Shown in pieces: positions 53,274 to 61,000 of a DNA stretch of 64,000 nucleotides. The stretch is taken from assembly GCA_963666285.1 (NCBI GenBank), contig OY762711.1. The stretch is one strand, 5' to 3'. The stretch's first letter is position 1. Every line of letters starts with the position of its first letter. Position numbers and translations under genes: made by a program. The DNA comes from Sedimentisphaerales bacterium (lineage in GTDB: Bacteria > Planctomycetota > Phycisphaerae > Sedimentisphaerales > SM23-30). The notes beneath the pieces were generated by a model, which searched no databases, had not been told where the DNA came from, and was given only the letters and a program-made list of their open reading frames with translations.

Positions 53274-54608
53274 TCAATCGTGCTTCTTGAGCACGATCGC
53301 CGTTGTCTGTCCGCCCAGGCTGTAGTTTGTCACCAGGGCGTATTTGATTTCTTTCTCGATTTTGCCGCCTGTTGTCAGGTTTAGGCTGCAGCCTTCAGCT
53401 TTGCTTTTGCAGTTTAATGTTTCGGCTATTACTCCTCTATCCATCGATAAAACCGCTATTGCTGCATCTATTGCTCCTGAACCTGCTCCTGCCATACCTA
53501 TCCGGCTTTTGGTTGCCAGAACTGGTACTGTTGCAGCTGCGTCACCCAGGGCCGCCTCTATCCCCGCGGCCTCGGCTTTGTCATGTGCCGGTACACCGCT
53601 TCCATGTGGTATCAAAAGGTCAATGTCTTCTGCTTCGATCCCCGCATCTTTTAATGCCTTTTGTATTGCTACTGTGGTGCCTTTACAGTTGGTTTCCGGG
53701 TTAATAAAATCGTTATCTGATCTCCCGTGATTAAATGATGAACCATATCCGACAACTTCTGCGTAAATTTTGGCACCACGGCCTGTTGCACGTTCATATT
53801 CTTCCATTACCAGGATTGCGCCGCCTTCTGCTGCGACAAATCCATCTGCATCGGTGGCAAACGGTCTGCTGGACTCTTTGGGAGTATCATTATATTTGCT
53901 GCTTGAAAGGTTGTTCAGGGCATAACGCGTAAAGTTCATTGCATTTACTTTACTCTCTGCTCCGCCTGCCAGGACAATGTCGGCTTTGTTGCTGGAGATA
54001 TGACGGCGGGCTTCGCCAAGTGCCATCAGCCCGGAAGTGTCTCCGCAGGTGATCGAGTTGCTCGGACCCTGCAGGTCATAAATTATACTTACGTGACAGC
54101 TCAGCATATTGGGCAGATATTTCAGCAGCCATAATGGAGTAAGTGACTCCATTCCGCCGCTGCCCCATGTCTTAAGGTCAAATACTCCATCTGTTACACT
54201 TGTGCTTGCTGCCTGGCTTAGCTCTGACAGGTCGCAGCACATCGAACCGGCACCAATATTGACTCCGCTTCGGGTCGGATCTATATCTATCGGGCCATCC
54301 GGGTTATTAGCCCTGGTGTTCAGACCGCTATCCTGCATGGCACAATCTGCTGCCATTACGGCTAGCTGGATATCGCGGCTCATTAATTTTACACTTTTGC
54401 GGTGGCTCTTTGGCACAACCTGGTTCATCTTTACTACCGGGGCTTCTCCTGATACGCGGCTCTTGAGATTTTCCGCGTCAAAAGAACTTACTTTGTCTAT
54501 TCCTATTTCATTGCTGAGCAGGGCGTTCATACTTTCGTCTTTGCCCAGCCCCAGTGCGCTGACCAGCCCGACACCTGTTATCACAGATCTGCGTTTTGGC
54601 ATTATCAC
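53274..54608 (-). CDS. Beta-ketoacyl synthase homolog lacking catalytic residues (chain-length-factor-like)
   Basis: KAS fold motifs (VITGVG, SRPF, EGGAILVMEE) but TCGDTS and KSRIGM in place of TACAAS and KSMLGH. Confidence 0.8.
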   Translation of the reverse strand: MIMPKRRSVITGVGLVSALGLGKDESMNALLSNEIGIDKVSSFDAENLKSRVSGEAPVVKMNQVVPKSHRKSVKLMSRDIQLAVMAADCAMQDSGLNTRANNPDGPIDIDPTRSGVNIGAGSMCCDLSELSQAASTSVTDGVFDLKTWGSGGMESLTPLWLLKYLPNMLSCHVSIIYDLQGPSNSITCGDTSGLMALGEARRHISSNKADIVLAGGAESKVNAMNFTRYALNNLSSSKYNDTPKESSRPFATDADGFVAAEGGAILVMEEYERATGRGAKIYAEVVGYGSSFNHGRSDNDFINPETNCKGTTVAIQKALKDAGIEAEDIDLLIPHGSGVPAHDKAEAAGIEAALGDAAATVPVLATKSRIGMAGAGSGAIDAAIAVLSMDRGVIAETLNCKSKAEGCSLNLTTGGKIEKEIKYALVTNYSLGGQTTAIVLKKHD

Positions 54609-54634
54609 CTCTCTGTTTTGTTTACTTTTTTACT

Positions 54635-54661
54635 TTCAAACCGGCCATCGGTCAGTTTGAA
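54635..54661. repeat. Isolated second hairpin of the 92-bp REP-like repeat
   Basis: ttcaaaccggcc-atc-ggtcagtttgaa. Confidence 0.7.
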
Positions 54662-54676
54662 TAAATTATTACCTTA

Positions 54677-54878
54677 GTTAACTTTCGTTGTTTTAAGTTG
54701 CAAAAATCGCCTTAAAGGGCCTTTCAGGTGAATCTTGAATTAAACAAAGCGTGAGACGATAGTCGAACACCTTAGTTTTTCACTTCATTATTCACTTAAT
54801 TAGCCTGTTCCGGACTTTGCGTATAATGCTGAACAATCAAAAGTGCGTCATGCATATGATGCGTAGCATAAACCGCAC
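54677..54878 (+). mobile_element. MITE-like element copy 7 (core B, long right end)
   Basis: Flanked by CCTTA at 54672-54676 and 54879-54883. Confidence 0.9.
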
Positions 54879-55070
54879 CCTTAATTATTTGCTGGACTTT
54901 ATTTATAATTAAAGCTTCAGCATATGTTTAACCTAAAAGTATCGCCATATATCTCTAATTAGTCAATAATAAAATAATGAATCAACTGTTTGACTTTTCT
55001 GTTGTTTTTTATCTATTTTTATAAAAAAACCGTTATATTTGACCGTTTATTGTGGACGATATTATAAAAG

Positions 55071-56837
55071 ATGTCTTTAACGAAGAATGAAAACGAAATA
55101 ATAAGAAATGCTGGTTCAGGCAATCAGGAAAGCCTTAACCAGCTCTTTGAAATGGCACGCCCAAGGGTCACGCAGTATATATACCGCTTGACGCTGGACC
55201 ACCATATAACACAAGACGTTGTACAGGATACACTTATAGACATGGCAAAATGCTTGGGAAAACTTGAAGACCAGGATAAATTCTGGCCTTGGCTGCGAAG
55301 GATAGCTTATAATAAGCTGAAAAATCAGCAGCGAAAAGAGTTCAGGCAGAAAGATATTGTCACCAGGCTATACTCTGGAACCAATTCCGAACAGGCTAAA
55401 GGGCTGTCAAATCTCATTAGTGAAGAGCTGTCTGAAGTCGTCATGAGCTCTATGCGGCAGTTAAAGAGTGATCATCGTCGTGTTTTAGTGTTAAGGTGTT
55501 ATGAGGAAATGACTTACCCTGAAATTGCCGACATTATGGAACGCACTGAGTTTGGCACTAGAATGCTTTTTGTCAGGGCGAAAAACGCGTTAAAAAAGAA
55601 ATTAGCTAAAAATGGAATGTCCAAAGCTGCTCTTTTGACCGCTCTGATCGCTTTTGGCAAAATTACTGCCGGTTCTCAGGCTGCAACTGCTCAATTAACA
55701 TCAGCTAGCCTTAATGCAGGATTTACTGCATCCTTAACAGCAAATATTACAACTTTTGCTGCTGGAGCTAAACTGACTGCTGCTGTAATTACTGTTATGG
55801 CTCTTTCCTCGTTTATGTCCGACTTGGGTTCTGGTTCGCATAATAATCATGATAGTATAGGGCAGGTTTCGGCTCATATGCTGTCTCTTATGGCTGACCC
55901 GCAAAATTATACCGAATTCTGGTATTCATACCCTGATGGCCCGGCAGGGCCGCTTCTATCGAGGTTTACCGCCAGGGATGCCGATACCGGCCACACGATT
56001 GGCCAGTGGTTTAATACTCGGGATGGTAATTACTTCTATGACCGACCGGCAGACTATGTTTACCTGTTAAACCATAACTACTACAATAATGACTTCGATA
56101 TAATGCGGCTGCCGGCTGACAATTATAAAATGGTTTCGGCGATAAATGAAACTTATGGAGCAGGTTCGGGTTTAGACAATTCTATAAGATACGAGGGGGC
56201 CGGACTGTTTTATGTGAAAGGGCTGGATAGTCAGGGCAGATCGTATTCTCAGGCCGGCAGACTACGGAATATTCCTAAGGAAGAATATTTTAACCTCACC
56301 TGGGCAAAGAGTGCGAGCTTAGTGGATTTACGTGATGATATTCATAAACAGGGCTGGGCTGGTGTTACCGTATCAGGTTTACTGAACGGAAAAACCGTTA
56401 ATGGCAGTGGTTGTATCCCGCTATATCTTGATACTGCACAAAGTCATTCGCCTTGGCTTTTCTTGGATATCGCCGGTAATTTTTATTATTCTGGTAAATC
56501 TGATTTTCTCACCGGATTTTCTCGGCCTTGGTATGGCCTGCATACTATTGACTCTATCCGACGTGACTTTGCTTATAGTAAGTATGATGCCGGTTCAATT
56601 AAGGTTGCTGACCAATCAGTAGATGTTACCTTCCTGATCGGTGATAACCGAATTGTTTATACTGTTTCGCTTGACGCCGATTTAGTTGAATCTATTCGTT
56701 TATTCGATTCAAATGGCTCGGAAACAGGATACCTTGTATTTGACTATAGACTTGAATCAGAAAAAGATCCGGGAAATTCAGCTTCTGCTCAAGAGCTTAA
56801 ATCCTTATTAGATATATTTGTAAAGGTGACCGAGTAG
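55071..56837 (+). CDS. ECF sigma factor with long C-terminal extension
   Basis: Regions 2 and 4 in first ~180 aa (QDVVQDT, FWPWLRRIAYN, MTYPEIADIM), Ala-rich hydrophobic linker, ~330-aa extension. Confidence 0.85.
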   Translation: MSLTKNENEIIRNAGSGNQESLNQLFEMARPRVTQYIYRLTLDHHITQDVVQDTLIDMAKCLGKLEDQDKFWPWLRRIAYNKLKNQQRKEFRQKDIVTRLYSGTNSEQAKGLSNLISEELSEVVMSSMRQLKSDHRRVLVLRCYEEMTYPEIADIMERTEFGTRMLFVRAKNALKKKLAKNGMSKAALLTALIAFGKITAGSQAATAQLTSASLNAGFTASLTANITTFAAGAKLTAAVITVMALSSFMSDLGSGSHNNHDSIGQVSAHMLSLMADPQNYTEFWYSYPDGPAGPLLSRFTARDADTGHTIGQWFNTRDGNYFYDRPADYVYLLNHNYYNNDFDIMRLPADNYKMVSAINETYGAGSGLDNSIRYEGAGLFYVKGLDSQGRSYSQAGRLRNIPKEEYFNLTWAKSASLVDLRDDIHKQGWAGVTVSGLLNGKTVNGSGCIPLYLDTAQSHSPWLFLDIAGNFYYSGKSDFLTGFSRPWYGLHTIDSIRRDFAYSKYDAGSIKVADQSVDVTFLIGDNRIVYTVSLDADLVESIRLFDSNGSETGYLVFDYRLESEKDPGNSASAQELKSLLDIFVKVTE

Positions 56838-56839
56838 TT

Positions 56840-57877
56840 GTGATTAGTTTGAAAGAAACAAATATGAATATAATTAAAATCCATCTGCTTTTTGTCATAT
56901 GTATAAATATTAGTATATGTATGGCATCTTCCCTATCAGGAGGCACGATAACCAATAAAACTATTGTTGCTTTATCTGATACAATTATAAATGCTGCTAA
57001 GCCTTTTAATATTATTCATGTTGATACTGTATTTGGAAATGATATAAATAGCGGATCTTCTCGGCAGAATGCTCTCAAGACCATTCAGGCTGCAATTATT
57101 AAATCTCAGGACGATGATACGATACTTGTTTGGCCCGGTGTTTATAATGAAACGGTAGATTTCTACGGTAAGGCTGTTACCGTTAAGAGTGCTGCTGATG
57201 CGGCTGTTATCTCTAATCCTAATGGGTACGGTGTTCGTTTTCATTCTGCTGAAGGTTATGACAGTATTTTGAAAAACTTTGTTATTCGTGATTGTGTTTA
57301 TGCCGTGCAGGTAGAAAGCTCTTCTCCTGTTATAGAGAATGTTACTGTTGTTCAGAATTTGCAGGGCATTATAGCTGATGGCGTTGCTGATCCGAATATT
57401 GCTAATAGTATCTTCTGGGCCAATCAGTTCGGCGATCTGGTTAATTGCGATGCTCAGTTTAGTTGGATACAAGATTGTCAGAGCGGATCGGCTGCTTCGG
57501 AAAATGATGGAACCGGTGTGGGTAGTCCAATGTTTACTGATCCTAATAGTAATGACTTCCATCTCAAATCCGAGATGGGGAGATTTTACCCCGAACCTGT
57601 AGAGCAGCCGGCAATGTTTGGAGTTGCTGATGGGGTTTGGGTTGTCGATAGAGTTACCAGCTCCTGTATTGATGCAGGAGATCCTGAACTTGACCCTTCT
57701 TTGGAGGGTTCGTCAAATGGCGGAAGACTAAATATTGGTGCCTATGGCGGCACTCCTTACGCTTCCAAAAGCGAGTATCCGCTTGCTGCCGATTTTAATC
57801 GTGATGGTATTGTTGACCTGATTGACTTTGCTGTTCTCAGCAGCCAGTGGCTTGATACTATGCCTTGGCATCAATAG
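56840..57877 (+). CDS. Secreted beta-helix-repeat protein with dockerin-like C-terminus
   Basis: KTIQAAI...VWPGVYNE, DFHLKS, SSCIDAGDP, NIGAYGG, ADFNRDGIVDLIDF...QWL. Confidence 0.8.
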   Translation: MISLKETNMNIIKIHLLFVICINISICMASSLSGGTITNKTIVALSDTIINAAKPFNIIHVDTVFGNDINSGSSRQNALKTIQAAIIKSQDDDTILVWPGVYNETVDFYGKAVTVKSAADAAVISNPNGYGVRFHSAEGYDSILKNFVIRDCVYAVQVESSSPVIENVTVVQNLQGIIADGVADPNIANSIFWANQFGDLVNCDAQFSWIQDCQSGSAASENDGTGVGSPMFTDPNSNDFHLKSEMGRFYPEPVEQPAMFGVADGVWVVDRVTSSCIDAGDPELDPSLEGSSNGGRLNIGAYGGTPYASKSEYPLAADFNRDGIVDLIDFAVLSSQWLDTMPWHQ

Positions 57878-58029
57878 CTTTATTTTTATAATATTTCGAG
57901 TTTTGGGTTCCGTTCTTTGCTGTGAAAAGAGCGGAACTCTATCAAAGTGTTTCTATCATTATTTATTATCCAGTTTAACTACTGTATCCGGAAAATGTAC
58001 GTTTAAATTGCATGAATTATTTTTGAATC

Positions 58030-58063
58030 GTAATGTTGAACAGTCAAAAGTGCGAAGCCGCAC
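58030..58063 (+). mobile_element. Right-end fragment of the MITE-like element (copy 8)
   Basis: GTAATGTTGAACAGTCAAAAGTGCGAAGCCGCAC; no left end or TSD found. Confidence 0.75.
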
Positions 58064-58110
58064 GATTAAGGAGCTGTTTTTATTAACCTATTTTATTGGA
58101 GGACTTTCCT

Positions 58111-59046
58111 ATGAAAGCCAGAAATTTATTACTTGGTATTTTTGTTATAGTTTTTATTTCTGCTTCAGCTTTTGCGGCTGGTGATAAAGTCAGAAATAGA
58201 TACGCTGGATCTAAAGGTGTTGGACCTGTTACCGTTAAGGTGTCTGCTGATAAAGTCCAAACCCTGGAACAGACTCAAGACAAGACTCAGGATCAGACCC
58301 AGGACAAATTACAGGATGGTTCCTGCCAGCAGGATTGCACTGGCGACCAGGCTCAGGACCAGACCCAGGACAAATTGCAGGATGGTTCCTGTCAGCAGGA
58401 TTGCACTGGCGACCAGGCTCAGGACCAGACCCAGGACAAATTGCAGGATGGTTCCTGTCAGCAGGATTGCACTGGCGACCAAGCTCAGGACCAGACCCAG
58501 GACAAATTGCAGGATGGTTCCTGTCAGCAGGATTGCACTGGCGACCAGGCTCAGGATCAGAACCAGGATCAACTGCAGGACGGTTCTTGTCAGCAGGATT
58601 GCACCGGCGACCAGCCTACAGACGAGCAGGCCTATGCTTTAGTCTATTTGCTTGCAGAGGAAACCCTGGCTCATGATGTATATGCAGCCTTGGCGGAAGT
58701 TTATCAGCTGAACATTTTTGCTAACATAGCTGATTCAGAACAGAGTCATATGGATGCCGTTGAAAACCTCATTTATCTTTATGGTATCGATATGGTCCTT
58801 ACCCCGGATGATGAACAATTCTTTACCGATGAATATGAGATACTTGCTCTAGGTCCTCAGAATATTATTGAGGCTCTCGAAGTGGGTGTGCTTATTGAAG
58901 AAATGGATATTGCTGATATCGAAGCTATGCTGGCTGATGATACCCTTCCTGCCTCAGAAGTTCAGGTACTCACAAACTTGCTGGTTGCTTCAGAAAAACA
59001 TCTTGCTGCATTTACAAGGGTACTTGCAGTTCTTAGTGCTCAGTAA
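58111..59046 (+). CDS. Secreted DUF2202 ferritin-like protein with Cys/Gln/Asp tandem repeats
   Basis: GGAGG RBS, signal peptide, EETLAHDVY, NIADSEQSHMDAV, IEEMDIAD, ASEKHLAAF. Confidence 0.82.
   Translation: MKARNLLLGIFVIVFISASAFAAGDKVRNRYAGSKGVGPVTVKVSADKVQTLEQTQDKTQDQTQDKLQDGSCQQDCTGDQAQDQTQDKLQDGSCQQDCTGDQAQDQTQDKLQDGSCQQDCTGDQAQDQTQDKLQDGSCQQDCTGDQAQDQNQDQLQDGSCQQDCTGDQPTDEQAYALVYLLAEETLAHDVYAALAEVYQLNIFANIADSEQSHMDAVENLIYLYGIDMVLTPDDEQFFTDEYEILALGPQNIIEALEVGVLIEEMDIADIEAMLADDTLPASEVQVLTNLLVASEKHLAAFTRVLAVLSAQ
58288..58617 (+). repeat. Five 66-bp in-frame tandem repeats (QDQTQDKLQDGSCQQDCTGDQA)
   Basis: Near-identical units read directly from DNA and protein. Confidence 0.95.
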
Positions 59047-59239
59047 TAATTATTAAGGATGACCCGATAACAGGGGTTGCCTAAAGTATTACCTCGTAAC
59101 TGAGATAGTCAAAATACCTGAATATTCTAACAAAGTCCTTTATGCCATAAAAATATTATTCAGGTATTATAACTATTATCGTGTATGTGTGTATGCATAC
59201 GTTTTTTGTCTTTTGTGTAATTCATATTTAATCATCTGG

Positions 59240-59280
59240 TCCAGGCTGTGAATGTTTTTGTTTGCAGCCTGGATTCTTAT
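59240..59280 (+). terminator. Terminator-like hairpin
   Basis: tccaggctg...cagcctgga then ttcttattt. Confidence 0.5.
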
Positions 59281-59325
59281 TTGGGCTGCCTTGATATTTT
59301 AGCAATTATGTGATATTATATATAT

Positions 59326-59507
59326 GTTTACTTTCGCAGTTTTTAAGTTGCAAAAATCGCCTAAAAGGGCCTTCCTGTAACACTTTGAATTAAATATACT
59401 TTCGAGAAATAACTCGAAAATACAATTAAATGGTAAGTTTTTTATTCACAAGGCCCTGTTCCGGCCTTTGCGTATAATGTTGAACAGTCAAAAGTGCGAA
59501 ACCGCAC
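59326..59507 (+). mobile_element. MITE-like element copy 9 (core A, short right end)
   Basis: GTTTACTTTCGCAGTTTT...AAAAGTGCGAAACCGCAC; flanked by TATAT on both sides. Confidence 0.9.
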
Positions 59508-59602
59508 TATATATTGATACCTCTTTTTTCTCGCAATATTTTCTTTTGATTTTGCGTTCTTAAACAAAGAAGTTTTATATTTTTACAGGCATTTTGAGCT
59601 TT

Positions 59603-60475
59603 ATGTCAATAGATACTAAAAAGCAATACAGGGCATTTACCCTTATAGAGCTGCTGGTAGTTATCAGCATAATTGCTTTATTACTAAGTATTTCTATTCC
59701 GGCATTAAACAAAGCTCGTATCGCTGCTCGTAAAGTTATTAGCCAGAGCAATTTGAGACAAACCTCTATGGCTTCTGTTATGTACGACTCTGATAACGGC
59801 AGACTTATGCCCTCTGTTGCCTATATTGAATCCGGTAGTCCTCGAACCTGGCTGGAACCTACTACTCTTGTCAATTATGAGTTTTCCGGGCATCGTTCTA
59901 TTAGTGCATACCTTGGCAGATATATCGAAAAGGCTGATTCTATTTATTGCCCCAGTGCGCCCGCTGATTTTTCGTATATGCAGGATGCATGGGATTCAAA
60001 AGATAGTTGGGACAATCCTGATACCCTCCGTTTACAGGATCCTCTTTTCGGAACTTTCTCCTACTGGTGGAATTATAAAGGCTATCTATCCGATTTAGGC
60101 AGGGTATTTAACGGTCCCAGCTCATCATCAGCTTCTAGTCGAGAGAGCACACTTCTGGCCTCCTGTACTTTCGGCACAACTCCGAATCCTTCAAATTGGC
60201 TGGATCTTGGCGACTATATTAGTTGCGAAAAGTTCCGTAAATCTGGCAAAACTCCTCAATATTCTGTTGCTTCCCAACTATGGAACAGAATGAACCATGA
60301 CGGCACCGGCAGAGAGCTGTTGGATATAACGCTTAATGCGACATATATTGACGGGCATGTCGAGCAGTTTAACGCTTCAGATACTACTCCGTTGAGAGTG
60401 TCAATGAGCCCTGATGGTGGCTTGCCATATTTCCCTGACAACCTCAGGGGAGAAATTTATATTCCATATAAATAA
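59603..60475 (+). CDS. Prepilin-type N-terminal cleavage/methylation domain protein (DUF1559-like)
   Basis: [17 protein letters not shown]...PAL, SNLRQ, YCPS, NATYIDGHVE. Confidence 0.88.
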   Translation: MSIDTKKQYRAFTLIELLVVISIIALLLSISIPALNKARIAARKVISQSNLRQTSMASVMYDSDNGRLMPSVAYIESGSPRTWLEPTTLVNYEFSGHRSISAYLGRYIEKADSIYCPSAPADFSYMQDAWDSKDSWDNPDTLRLQDPLFGTFSYWWNYKGYLSDLGRVFNGPSSSSASSRESTLLASCTFGTTPNPSNWLDLGDYISCEKFRKSGKTPQYSVASQLWNRMNHDGTGRELLDITLNATYIDGHVEQFNASDTTPLRVSMSPDGGLPYFPDNLRGEIYIPYK

Positions 60476-60771
60476 GAGCTATTTGCCTGTCCCGGCATAC
60501 AAACTCTTTTCTTCTCTGGCCTTCATTTCTATTATTTCAAAGATGCAAAAATTGTTTTAATAGCGACACGTGTTACATATATGTTATTTTCCTTAACTGA
60601 ACTACAAAATAGTTACTTTATTCTTTGGTTTTCCGAAATAATTGTAATAATATTTTTGAAATTATTGATTTTCTGTCATTTTTAGGCATATTGTTAATTG
60701 TAAGCAAATCATAGGGTTAGGGGAAAAATCGCTGTTATCAGTACTAAAAATATCGATATCTGCCGTGCTAA

Positions 60772-60787
60772 TGGCACGTAGATTGCA
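60772..60787 (+). promoter_or_regulatory. Sigma54 (-24/-12) promoter upstream of glutamine synthetase
   Basis: TGGCAC-GTAGA-TTGCA matches TGGCAC-N5-TTGC. Confidence 0.8.
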
Positions 60788-61000
60788 CTAATTCCGGCAT
60801 GAAAGATTGGGGTACGTGCCCCAATTGTGGGATATTATGCCCTCGACAATTGAAAATTACGATTGTGCCTTAAAAATGACTGTTTCAAACCTGAAACTTG
60901 TTACTCCCCGGCGTTCTGGTTTTCAAACTAGAGGTGTATAGAAAATGTGAATATGTACAAGGGATATTGTACAAGAAAGAAAAAACAGGAGACTTTTACA

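Noticed and set aside
58288..58617. CRISPR-like repeat and the repetitive ORFs in other frames (58172..58642, 58309..58572, 58335..58676)
   Set aside because: No unique spacers; it is an in-frame coding tandem repeat and the other ORFs are its shadows
59326..59507. Group II intron remnant, since the minus strand of the element begins GTGCG and ends AC
   Set aside because: No domain V motif or RT ORF recognised, and 5-6 bp TSDs with terminal IRs fit DDE transposition better
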